From Balanoglossus misakiensis (lineage: Eukaryota; Animalia; Hemichordata): a stretch of 64,000 nt of DNA. Where the stretch lies: the NCBI GenBank assembly GCA_040954595.2, contig CM082579.2, positions 5,879,625 to 5,943,624 on the forward strand, in the 5' to 3' direction. Within the stretch, counting starts at the first letter, position 1. Each line of letters starts with the position of its first letter. Positions 12,690-25,163 of the stretch are shown here, one piece after another. Both the position numbers and the translations under genes were made by a program. The notes under the pieces were generated by a model. The model made no database searches. It had not been told where the DNA came from and saw only the letters and a program-made list of their open reading frames with translations.

Positions 12690-13008
12690 CATATTGGTGC
12701 TTCTTGTCTCTCGTACTGCTAACACGGCCGTCTGGAAATATCGTCAAGTACCGTCCACTGTACGCGCTACGAATGAGTCTTAATCTCGGCCCTCCGCCCA
12801 ATATCGGCGCGTAGAAAGTTCGGGTGCCGTCGTCCTTCATTACTCTGTCGAACACCTTTCGGGACTCATTGTCGAGTGTCTTATTTATAAGGGAGAGGGT
12901 GTCCAGCTTGTCCTCGGCCGCCGGGATAGCGATCGCTTCACCGCACTGCAACACGGCCAGGGAGACGACGAGCCAGGCGAGCAGAGTCTGCAGGAAAACA
13001 ACCGACAT
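12690..13008 (-). CDS. Divergent FGF ligand (FGF-A), exon 1
   Basis: Signal peptide MSVVFLQTLLAWLVVSLAVLQCGEA, then PRLRLIRSAYSGRYLTIFPDGRVSST (FGF strands b1-b3). Donor G|gtatgt, phase 1 as in FGF genes. An in-frame upstream ATG lies at 13080. Confidence 0.85.
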
Positions 13009-13361
13009 GGTTCCGACACCATCCTGGAGTGTTGCCGTGACGGAATCGCCGTTGTAAGTCAGGCCGCTAAATTGGTGCATGGAACCGCGAGAGAGAGAGA
13101 AAAAAACCTACAACGACCGCGTCGAGTTCAACACCTGATGTCTGTGGGCTGACACGGCACCGAGAGACTGGGTGACACCAGAGGTATGTTAACAATTTGT
13201 ACACTGCGATACCAATCCAGCTACCATTGTTATATCGCCGCGCAGGTAGTAGTAGTGATGACAGTGCCAGCCGCTATATACCGTCCGCTTTACAACGTCC
13301 TTCGGCTCCAACCAACGCGTATGGTGCACTTCAACAAAACAGCGTTTTTTTCCACCGTTGC

Positions 13362-13367
13362 TTTATA
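13362..13367 (-). promoter_or_regulatory. Candidate TATA box of FGF-A
   Basis: TATAAA on the minus strand about 290 nt upstream of the first in-frame ATG; a second TATATA lies near 13275-13280. Motif only. Confidence 0.3.
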
Positions 13368-16300
13368 AGCGCGCTCTTCTAAGGGGCTGCTACCACCCAC
13401 GTCACTGGTTGCCGAATACCCTACACTGGGATTGTCACCACGAAGATAAGGCGGTAACGGCAGCCATTCCAATTGAAAAAATCGTTTCGGATTCGCCGCG
13501 ACTTGTATTTCACTAACGTCGTTTCTAAAAATTAGAACGTCACGAAGCTGAAGAGTTAATAGTGATTTTAAAATCTTTGTTGTCGTTCTAGTTCGAACAC
13601 AAAACAAAACAACCTTAGATTTCAATGGCATTCCCCAACAACTTGAACTCATGGCTCCGCCCCTAAAGTTCAACACGTCCTCCTATCTCCCCACATTTTG
13701 TTCTGATCAAATATTTGCAAATAAATAGAAAATTTATAAATATGTACACATTAAACCAACTTAAATGTTACTTTAGGCAGACGCCGGCTCTCCGCTGACT
13801 CGGAAGAATGTTGATTCTAAATATAGTTATGACGAGTGTCGACATTTTGCATTCGATATGGACCTCAGACACGCGCCGCCAGAAGTTTTGTCCGCCATAT
13901 TTACCAATGCTCAAATCGCAACTTTTGATCACAGTAGCCAGACAAGAAACATGGTAGCTATGACTCGATTACCTTTTTACGTAATCGAAGTCATCATTAT
14001 TGTCTGTCACAAAGCGGCCGATTTCAGATAACCAGATCGCTGGTCCGCGAAGAATGTGCCAAATCGTCGGCCATGGTTCTGACGTGACACCTAAAAAATT
14101 CTTTGGCTATTTCTTGTTTTAATCTTATAAAGAATATTTTGCCTTAAAAATCCCGTCTTTTCAAAAGATCCGCAAATATGACCGGATCAGGGTACAACAC
14201 CCGAACAATAGCCTGGTTGCGTCAAATCATGATCGATTGCTTGTTATAAGCACTTTATGTAGGTCAAACGGCCACACTCCAAACATTCTCCATTATCATT
14301 TAAAATTGGGATTCATAAATGTGACGACTATGTCGTCCGATGGATTCGATTGTGTTGATAAAGAAAGCGTATTCAAGCAACCCTGGAATACTTGTGTGCA
14401 CTTGGGTCTCGTGACAGCCTCGACAAACCACAGTCTTCCGACAAACCTGCTTATACAGGTGTGTTCATACACACACTCCGAAGCAGTCTCGACCATGAAA
14501 ATTGATGAGACGTTTGATGGAGACGCCATCTTTACTTTTGTACCTAACGAAGCACGACGTTTTATAGGGTCCATCATGATTCCGCCATCGGCGGCCTGAA
14601 AGATGCGTTAATATTTACGACCCCAAGTAAATTTATTCTTTTTGTGTGACCAGTGGTTTTTATGAAGTGCACATGTATATACATTACATCCTTGGCTCCA
14701 CGAAACCATGATCGTAGCGCAGTTTCCGTCTTTCAGCCCGAGGGCAATTGTTGAAACATTTGAAGTTCTCGAACTATTGATTTGGCTCGCCACGGTCACG
14801 TGACTGTGATCTCGCCGGACAACGAACGGTGTCGTGCCTTAGTGTGGGCGTATCGAAAACGATCGGAAGTGTGTACCTTGTATTTTTAAATTTAAAAAAT
14901 CTGATTCAGGTGATAAGATACGTTGACTGACTAGAAACCGTATCTGGCATATCGTCAAGGAAGGCTGAAAATTATGAAGTGAGAAAATGACTAGTTTCCT
15001 GGTCGTAGCATGTATTTTATGTTTTGACACTCCTTTTTCCTACTGTGTTCAATACACGGGGAACCTTTTTAGTCTGAATTCACAGACAAAAACATACTAT
15101 TAGACAAGGAGTTGCGTTTGGCAAAAAGTTCATGCGGTGATTAGACACGATACGAACGAATCGCTGACCATGTGTGACCAATTATGGACAATTTATAACA
15201 ACCACGTACATCGCTTGACCGATGATCCTATCCATCCGTGACAAGACAGAACGAGATAGACTGACGCCATGTTCCAACTTGTGCCGTAACAACAGTTTAG
15301 AACACCCCCTCACCCCCAGATCAATGTTTGTATTAATGTCTTCTGTCCCGACTAGTAGTCGGCCAATTTTGAGTATGACCCGGAATTTCTTGGAAAATGA
15401 GAAGCGGATTTTTTTCCAGGTTTTTTGTCTTGATCTTGACTACCAAACGCGTCTGCCATTTGTCTGTATTGCGTAAATGGGGAGGGCGGTTGAAAAATGG
15501 ATGGATGGATGGATGGATATTTGTGCGTACATGCACGTAAGTTGCTGACTGCACAGCACAGTTTGTATGAAGTGAACTGCACTCAATTCTCCCGGTCATT
15601 GACTTGTCCACCACGCGTGAAAGTTAAACTTCTAGAATCACTGAACTCCAGCTACCCCACAAGCAGTGCAGTGGGGACAAATGGAGTCCGACGCTCTTTA
15701 CTTCACGAAGTGCTATTTTTAACTTGGCGACACCAAGACAAGACCATACGCAGACACAGATTGACAAGTCACAGGGTTGCGAGACACGGAGCAAAAACTG
15801 ACCACTTGATCTTTTCGTCTGTAAACAGCCTGCTGCCTGCAACAACCGTAACCGTATCCGCACCGCATCGATAGCAACACGCCTGGTCCGGCATTTCCAC
15901 GAAAAAAACTCCTTTGGGTCGCGGTCGATGTCGTATAGTGTCGTGTCTAGACTGTACTATCCCCCGTATCGGTGACCCGTAGGACTTTCGTCTTGTTAGC
16001 GTAATGTGACAGTTTGCGATCTCGTCAAACGTCACACGTACATGGCTGTATTAAACTAGGTCCCACAGTCTGGTCAAATCGTGTTATCAACTTCACTTGG
16101 TACAATCTCGTGTTCAGCGCCGAATAAACTTCTCACCACCCTATTAACACCTAGTGCAAGTTGTCTGTTTTCTTACCACGGCGCGTAATATCAGCTGTAA
16201 CTTTTGCTGATATTTTCAATATTTTTATTCAGCGTTTATACGGTGCAGTTTCTTGTTCTACTCTCTACATCATGTTGACATGCCTAGTACATGTATTCAG

Positions 16301-19017
16301 TTCATCGTCACAGCATGTCTACCTGCATAGAAACAGAAATTGTATTGTCTGCTGCTGAATTTTAGTACTGACTGAATATCATTTCACCTTACACGTACTC
16401 GTACTTTGTTCACGAGCTGAGTGCGTGGCATTTAAACGAACGAAGTTAGCGAGTAGAACAAGAAATCTTAGCCTTTAAACAGACCGAAAAGTGAAATAAT
16501 CACCAACGATTAGCTGGTGTTCATTACGGATACTTTGTGCATCAGCTAATTACTGGCCGACTTCTGTCAGTTTTGTCCCAAATAGGACTAGGAGGGAGGG
16601 GTGCGCGTTCACCGACATTTCCAGGACGTTAAGTCAGATGACTACCCAGATGTAGTGCATGGTTATTACATTGTAGCCTCCGCTTTGCTTCTCTAGTTTT
16701 GGAAGCAAAGCGGACAAAATACAGATAGATACTGGGCTACGGACGACAGACATGGTTTTTGCCACCAAGTACAAGTGTTTGGTTCTTGTCTGTCCGCGCG
16801 CGATGGAAATAACACAACAATAGTCAATTCACCTTTGGAATCAACGCAACATTTCACTCATCAGTAGCCAGCAATAAAGATACGCTGCACCCCCATATGT
16901 GTCTGTCGGCTTACTATCAGTTATCAGTATTCACACCCCGGAGTTGAACTCTTTTGGCGGCGATCGTAGAAGTCGTTTACCTTCGTGGATTCGCAAAAAT
17001 GACAATTGTCGACAAACCAGAGCGTGCGTCGTATCACCCCGCCCTCACCGAGCAGTATCATATGGCCCGATTGACGCACGCGAAATCGGTCGCTTCGGAG
17101 GGAATGCTATCACTTGAGCTTACGCAGCTCTGTGATGTTTAGCTTTAAATATATGTCGAGTGACATGTGAACGCGTAAGAAAAAAAATATAAGAAAGTCG
17201 ACAATTCCGTCGAAATGTCGGTTTCTGGGGCAAATATGCTAATTTCCAGGTGGACTTGAAAGTGAAAGAGGTCAGTGACCACATTTTGACCACTGAGCAG
17301 TTACAAAAATATCCACGATTGCTTTGCAGAAAGGCGATCAAATCATTCCTTTTAGCCCTTCGCAGTAAAGAAATATTTTGAAATTGCGTTTCATAATTAA
17401 TCATTAAATAAAATAAAATAGCATACTACATGAAAAATCAGTTGGATAAGCCAGACATGTCGGCCATGTAAATTATAGAGTTATCGGCGCGACAGACACA
17501 ATACATTTGCGTGGTGGAGATGATTCAGATACATCATTGGTGTAAAGTACAAAAACGTTCGGACCGATGATAAACATCCATTCAGATAGTTGGTTTAAAT
17601 TAGACTAGAACTATACCTCTCCGTGTGCTTGGCAATAATAGTTTCACTCCACGTGGAATATCGACTTTGCATCCGTCAGCCATTTGTTATCGTTGATGCC
17701 AACATGGAATTGAAACGATAGTGCGCCCCCGACGGGCAACATAATGCCACCTGTTGTTGCGCATGATATTAAATGCAAAATTTCACAGCTGTCACTGAAA
17801 GTAATTAAATTTAAATATAATTATCTGTCAGGCAATAAATGGACGTCCCAGTTCATCAGATACTTGGGAAGCAATTATTGAATTTCAATAATTACCAAAC
17901 GGCCAAAAATGTCATTAACGTCCGTTATCCCAAACACCTACGCTTATTGCCAAGCTCATAATACATCCTGTACAAATACAGTGCAGTAATTCTTTTTGAA
18001 AAACCATCGCGTTTTTGGACATTGAGTAAACATCCTGCTGGCTGTTCGTTTGTTTAAATCGATATTCTTTACATGAGGAAAAAGTTGCCTTGTAAAACAC
18101 TTGCCTCTTCTTTCAAGAAACACTGAGTTATTCCTCGCTCGCTATTTGAAGTGGAGAAGGTTAATGTTCGAGAATATTCTCGTCTTCTGCCGTCAAAGCA
18201 TGCAAAGTGGGCGGTGCGGCGATTAATTGACGAGCGCTCCTCTTTTCACGTGAGCAGGGCCCGGGTCGGTGCACTGTGCATATTCCGTACATCGCGGTTG
18301 CCGTCTCTGCGCAAATGGCCTCATGAATCATTCATAAACTATCTCCTGTGCAGCTGTTGAGATAGAAATGGTGTAATATTCATGATATTCCATTAGGCAA
18401 AGCGCGAAGCCGCTCCTGTCTTGTCTTGTCTTTGCCGCGAAATCCTCGAGAAGTGTATCAGTCCATTTCAGCATGACCGGTCTCTATCTTCAGGGCTTTC
18501 ATTCTATTAAGGAGAACCCGCATTCGACGCAAATAGCCGAAGGCGGTATCGATAAAGAAAATCTCGCCTATTTTATCACGCCCACGGCCGCGGCAACATA
18601 TCCAGAAACATTTGCCATAGTTTGGGGAATTGGGGAATTCCTTTATGCAAATACAGACACTTACTGAGTGCTGCGATCGGTTATTACCTTGGGAGACACT
18701 CAGAGATCTTTAAATTGATCTATTGCACGATTTACAGACCTAAGTGATGACGACGAAACGATGGTCTCATAGTAATAAATGGACGCCCGAGCTTTTAAAA
18801 TTTTAAAGGGTTTCACCGGGCAATTAGAGGCTTACTTTGCAATACTAATACATTTTATCATTGGTTTAATGGATGAAGTTAAGATGAAGTCTCCGCCACG
18901 CATCCAGTGGATAACTCGACGTGCGCAAGTAAGCGTTGTCATAAATCTGCCTATTAGCCGGCTGTTAAGTCTTCGCAGCCGAGCACATCGCCTCCTCCGT
19001 ATATAAGGTTAACGGCG

Positions 19018-19020
<3 letters not shown>

Positions 19021-19060
<40 letters not shown>
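19021..19060. repeat. (TCA)n microsatellite
   Basis: Directly visible, about 13 units. Confidence 0.95.
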
Positions 19061-22000
19061 GACGATGATGTCACTTTTGGTGTCATGACATCACCGTATG
19101 ATTATTCCTTGGCAGGGTGAGGTGAAAAACAGCATCTGCAAACGAACGTTTCTAGGTTTTCCCGCGAAGTATGGGTTACTAAACATATATCATTTGCATT
19201 GAATTGAGAAACTACAGACTTGGCGAAGTTACGGTTCGGATCGACCGCTTTGTACAGCTATTCGTCTTCTCGACCGGAAATTGTGTATTTTTGCTGAGCA
19301 ATCACAATTAGTGACCGATGAAGAAAGAAAATGAGACGAAATTGTTATCGTTCCGGAGTGGTTTTTAAATAACACGATCAAAGACTCCTATGAAAAAAAC
19401 ACCCAGTCCGATCACGTGCAATGTTTGGTTATGAAACGGGAGATGGTTTCTTTGATATCACCAATTCAATATACCACTCGTCATTATCTTTATGGCTATT
19501 TAGTTATCTAACATTTATCTCTTCCTGGTCAAGCGATAATAATTTGATCAATTATTTATCGATCGTCTGAACAAACACACCTGCAACGCATTTATTTCGT
19601 CTCATCATTAATTTCATCTCTGATTGATATTCGAAAAGCAAATCATCTCACAGTTTTGCGACTGAGAATCATGAATGCCCAAAAGGCGGATGACCTTCGC
19701 AAGGGTTCGATGCTTTGTGGCGCGCGTGCGCACTGAGCTGTGCTGTACAGACGGCGCGTCGCACAGATATGTAGACAAAACAGTTTCCATAAAGTTCATT
19801 TATTTCAAATTAAAATATAACAAGGGTGCTTAGCTTTAAGCTGAAACTTACATCACATTTTCGTCAAGATCTCTTTAAATAATTGCCCCCCATGTCAAGC
19901 CACTGGCGTGGAATGGACCACGTCGATTGCATCAATGTACAACTACACTTTTTGGAGGACACGTGAATATTTCCTCCCGTTTTTGTCGTTTTAGTATGAA
20001 AGGGGTAGCCCAACATCTCACCAAGCAGTATGTTACTTCGTATACAGTGAAGTAAACTCTGGGGTCCCCCCCCCCCCACAAATCACAGTGAATTTGCGAC
20101 GCGCGGGAACAAGAAAAAAATCGAAATCTGTGGTATTACTTCAGCTTTGTCATATATATTTGGAATTTCATTCGAGATTTCGATTTCAGATATTAGTCTA
20201 TGATCGATTGTCGAATATGATAAAGTGTGATTTCTTCACATCTTGACAATGTTTACGGTTTAATGATTGAGACTGGGGAAAAAACTTTCAACGACCAAGT
20301 TAACTTTCTGGATTGTTTTGCGTCAAGTTAAATTTCAGTGGCACTGCCTTGTTTATAGATTGCCTTAGTCTTTGAGGTTACACCCTCGTTCCCAAGATCC
20401 CTGGTCACGTGCCTTGTCAGTCCCCTTGAAACAGTTTGATTGTGAACTACATGTATTTAAATAAAATACACGGCCTAGACTTCATCATTTCGGGCGACAT
20501 ACAATTTCTGATAACAGGACTGGCAAACTTCGATCTACGAAGCTGTGTTTCTTTCATGTCTGTAATTTACACGCACAAACGGACTTTCAAAATAGCACCT
20601 TCAATTAAAACTCCCTTGCCGACACTTTAGAATCACACTTTCCTTTTAACCCCTAGCTGATCGTTTATGATCAAGCCCCCCCCTCCGGAAGTTTCATAAA
20701 GGGGCAATCGTCCAGGCTGCGCATGCGCTTGTTTTATCCTCAGTCTTCACACATTCGTCTCTCTCCACCCTTTTATAAATAAATGTATATTCAAGATTTT
20801 CTCTTTTAAAAAAAACTAAGCACAAAAATAAAGTTTTGCCTGACTAATCTAAAATCTAAAAGTTCAGTAAATAACGTTTAATATATACAACATTTCAAAT
20901 ACTTCTACAAGACACCAAAAGGCAATTGCACTGTACAAGTTAAAACGGACAACACTTTAGATATTATCTCCATTCTAGTAATCTAGTGTCTTCTTTAATA
21001 AAATGGCCTATATTTGTGTAACATCTATGATAAATATGGTGATTGAACCTTTGGATACCCTGAAACTGGAGAGTCTCCATATAATTGATTAAAAACATAT
21101 ACGTAATATATTAATATACGTACTCCATCTCACTTTCATATTTACTACCAGTGTTACAGTCAATATCATCATTATTTTGATAATAAATATATCGGAGAAT
21201 AAGTTGTCCGTAGAGAACACCGATGTCCGGAAGCTTGTGTACGAGAAACCGACATATAAATCGTGGATGTATCATTATTTACAAGGTGGGTCCTGATTGG
21301 TTGGTGGACTCTCTCTGCATCAGCCTCCGTGATTGGTCGAGCGCTTGGTTACCGGGGTGTTGGGAGGATCGCAGAAGAACCCGAAAATTGAGGTACATTT
21401 ATCATGCGTATATTTCTGTTTGTAAAGAAACACGGTCACCCGACGTGGTAAAAGTTTAAAAAGTCGAGCGAAGGAATTCCGGGCGTGTTTCAACGGTGTT
21501 CAATTGACAAGAGCAACCGCCACTAAAACGTGCAAAAGACTATTTTCAACTAATATGCCTTTAAAAAACAATTTATTATACCCCAAATACACATTTAATA
21601 CCCTCGTCATATTGAGCTGGTTGTCTAAACTTTTGTTCTTTAAAAAAATAAAATAATTTGAACCATATTATGTAGCATTTGGGAGAGATGCTATGATGAA
21701 CACCCCCGTGCATTTTTGAGAATGTCATGCGCTGAAGGTGCGTTCGGGTTGATAGGGGTCACATACCCCGGGGGTGGCTTGTAATAGTGGGGCAATTAAA
21801 GTCTTGTCTACTATCAATATATTGGACTGGAGATCGGCAACAGCATACCCCAAACCTGATTGTCAACACGATTGCCCCTGGCGAAGCATTGCAATGAAGG
21901 TTCCGTGGGAGCTGAGCTCAATGGGTTTTGATGATTGCGACCATCTCAAAAGCCAGGGCCTTGGCATGATTCGGGTTTGTGTAAACATATCAGAAACCAG

Positions 22001-22654
22001 GCGTCCGGCGTCAGGTTTATCTTCCAGGTGAACGGGGAAAAATTGCCCACGTTACTTTTTCCCTATAAACTACCAATTTCCATGGTTACGCATTCAACAT
22101 CCGCGGCAGTTCGCTAATTATGCACATCGCTGTCACGTTGCTCGGTACGAGCAAATGCGGAGGTCGGTATTTTCGGTTTTAATGCTTTTACCGGTACGAC
22201 ATTTTTTATATCCAGGGGAAGTATCTACCGTCCTTCTCTAGCCATTTCCGGATTCAGCCATCTTGCAAAACACATCACAGCCTTCCTGGTCGGTCACTAA
22301 GAGATTTACATGTATTTAAAAAATACTATACAGGTAACAACTGCCATAGCGAAATAATGATCGGTATAATGGGAGCGCTTTCTCGGCAGTTGCTTTCAAA
22401 TCGGCGACAGTCGGCGTACATCCTTCTCTGGAGAACATTACACCTTCTGAGCTATAGCGGCTCGCGTGGCGGTGTCCTTAATTCCATAGAAATACATTCT
22501 GTGATCCACATCTTGTAAATTAGATGGAAGTGGCTATTACGCGTCGTGTCAGTGCAGTTGCCTATGCCGTCCATGTAATAGTAATGCTGGATTCCCATTT
22601 GTGTAAATAAGAGGCGATTTTACAAATGTGTGTGTGGGTTTTTCCCCCTTATTT

Positions 22655-22900
22655 TCAGTTGTGCCGGCTGAGATGAGTTCTCGCTGCCTCGAAATCGTCA
22701 CTGTCCAAATGTCTGGGCAGAAATAGCACACTCTTCCTGCCTGGTTTGGTCTGGGGGCCGCGAAGAGGCTTTCCTCTCCTATCCAGAGCTACGTAGTAGC
22801 TCCTCTTCCTGTGCGGGGGGTATTTCACAGACTTGTACGTGTTGTACTTCGAGCCCGTGTTCATCGCTTCGCTGAAATGACAATTCCTCGTCTTCGATTG
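22655..22900 (-). CDS. FGF ligand (FGF-B, FGF3-like), exon 3
   Basis: Acceptor cccctgcag|CAA. Encodes NCHFSE..YNTYKS..YYVALDRRGKPLRGPQTKPGRKSVLFLPR; stop at 22655. Confidence 0.93.
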   Translation of the reverse strand, partial: QSKTRNCHFSEAMNTGSKYNTYKSVKYPPHRKRSYYVALDRRGKPLRGPQTKPGRKSVLFLPRHLDSDDFEAARTHLSRHN

Positions 22901-25038
22901 CTGCAGGGGAATAAAAGAGACAACGCCGGTGAAAACGAAATCTTTCAAAAAAAAACATTATCAAACCGAAAAACGGTCACAGCATGTAACGCATCGCTGT
23001 TTGCTATCAACTTCGGGAAATATGAAAGATTTGTCCCCCCCCCCAAAAAAAAAATAACATCTTGAAATCGTTCTGTCATTTTTTTCTATTATTTCGTGAC
23101 TTTCGATAAGAGAGATTATCGGACATGACACTGCATGGGGAATAGGCTCGATTCCAGGGCTTAACAACGGCAAACAGAAAGCGGAAATTAAAAGGAATAC
23201 AGAATAGCCCTGGGGAGCTGGGAATAAAGCAAATTTTGTAATGGATTATTGAAGCTGAGAGAGTGCAGCGGCAATCGTGATGCTGATCCATTGCACGAGG
23301 GAAATTGACAAACTGGGATTTCTTTTGATAGCGAGTGGTGCCTTCGTTTTGTTCAGGAAATTTTCGCATTTTTCATCTCGAAATAAAAAAAAGGTTGGAG
23401 GTCGTCGGGGATACTGATGTTGCAGAACACAAATAACGATCTGTTTCTGCTATTAGAGACGCTTTCTGTCTTGATGTGACGTGTAATGGAGAGTAGGCCA
23501 ATCGGTGTCAGGAGCAACTCCTGAGTCCGCAGTGATGATTTTATTAAACGACTCGGATATTACATATTAGTGGAATAAAATTCTGGAGACTAGACTCATT
23601 CGTCTCTTGGGTATCACAGGCCAGCCTTTCAAAAGTCAATTAAGCCGCGTTTGCAGCGATATTGCTTTTTTTGCGCGCTATACTGTTTCGATCCTACACA
23701 GACTTCGCCGCGAAATGTGAAAGGGCCCGAATTCGAAAGCCCAAAACACCGAATACGTTGGAACGCTTCGAGTTTCACTCCCACCTGAGAATACGGTTCT
23801 GGTCTTTACTCCGTGGTTCTCATCAACCAAGATAACAACAATCTACAATGTGGGCGATCTGTGCGGCAGGTAAACATGGCATTGCATTGGTGTGGGTGGA
23901 TTTGTCATCAGCTTTTCACGGGTTGTATCTTAACTTAAAAATTCGTTTGCGACAAAAGCCCGTGTTGTCGGTGGGGCCGCGCCAAGTGGTGGTTTTTTTT
24001 AGACAGCACAAACGAAGGTGTGCCCTGTGTGTGTGTATACCGCCAGCTTCACCGCGAAGTATGCCGCATTTTATCAGACCTATAGCCGCCTGATCTAGAA
24101 CGCCGCAATTCAGTGCTTTCAACACTTCAAGATTTGCAAGTCGCGGTTTGTTTGAATGACTCCCTGAATCAAGTGTAATGCTGCCGCTATCCCCAAAAGA
24201 TTCTGAATGGATTTTTTTTTTTGCATTCTGCTCGAGATGAGCGGCTTTGCTACACAGAGAAAAAAAATGATCGCAATTTGAATAATTGCATGTATCTCGG
24301 TGAGTCGGTGTGTGTGCAAACGCATTGCGTGGGCAGCGAATATTCAAATTGTCAGGGAAGCCATATCCGTTTCATTTCACGGCAAAGTGCGTGCACCAAC
24401 GCAAATCCCCCTACGCTCGCTCGAACCACATTTCTCGTCTCCTCTGGAAATCGTCCACCCCGAAACACACACACACACACACGCACCAGGATGGACCCAC
24501 TATAATTCCATTTTGCACCGGAAATTCAAAGGTGGATACCTGCCCGCACACGACCCTTGCCCTTCTCACGCTGACGTAAACTGCGACGACTCACAGCCCC
24601 GCCACTTGTTTAATGTGCGGGTATTAAATTATGACGGCAGGTAACCGCCCTGTGTGTTTTGACCCGTTATTCACTGAGAATTATTTATAAATTGAATTTG
24701 GATAAAACGGGAGAATGAACATACGGTGATCAAATTAGCGCAAATAGAAGGAGTGGTTGCGAGTCGTGACTGGGGCTCTGCGGGTCGATCTGTTTGTATA
24801 CTATGGACGGCAGCGATCATGTTTTTTTACCGGTGCACTTGTAAAAATACCCAAACGCGGCATATGACGAGAAAAGCGCAACTAATACGCCCTTTCGATC
24901 GTCAACTAGGTTAACTGTCTTCAACACTCGAAAACGTGTCTGGCAATCACGTGAATTAAAAAACTCATACTCTTTTTCGCATAATCTATCAACAATGCCC
25001 AGAAACTCTGTTATAAATTGGGCGTTGAACTTGCTTAC

Positions 25039-25163
25039 CGTGATTGGGCAGTGGGAAGTGCCGTAGAGGACGCCTCTTTTGTTCATTGCAAGGTACTTTC
25101 CACTGTAGACGCCCTTGATTGCGACGATGGTCGGAGGCCTAACGGAGATTATTTCCACTTGAG
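25039..25163 (-). CDS. FGF ligand (FGF-B, FGF3-like), exon 2
   Basis: ttacag|CT...ACG|gtaagc, 125 nt, phase 1 to 0. Encodes (A)QVEIISVRPPTIVAIKGVYSGKYLAMNKRGVLYGTSHCPIT, the classic FGF signature. Confidence 0.95.

Noticed and set aside
13400-22600. A third FGF gene between the two found
   Set aside because: No FGF-signature exon seen by eye or in the ORF track; a tBLASTn/HMM scan is needed to exclude a highly divergent one.
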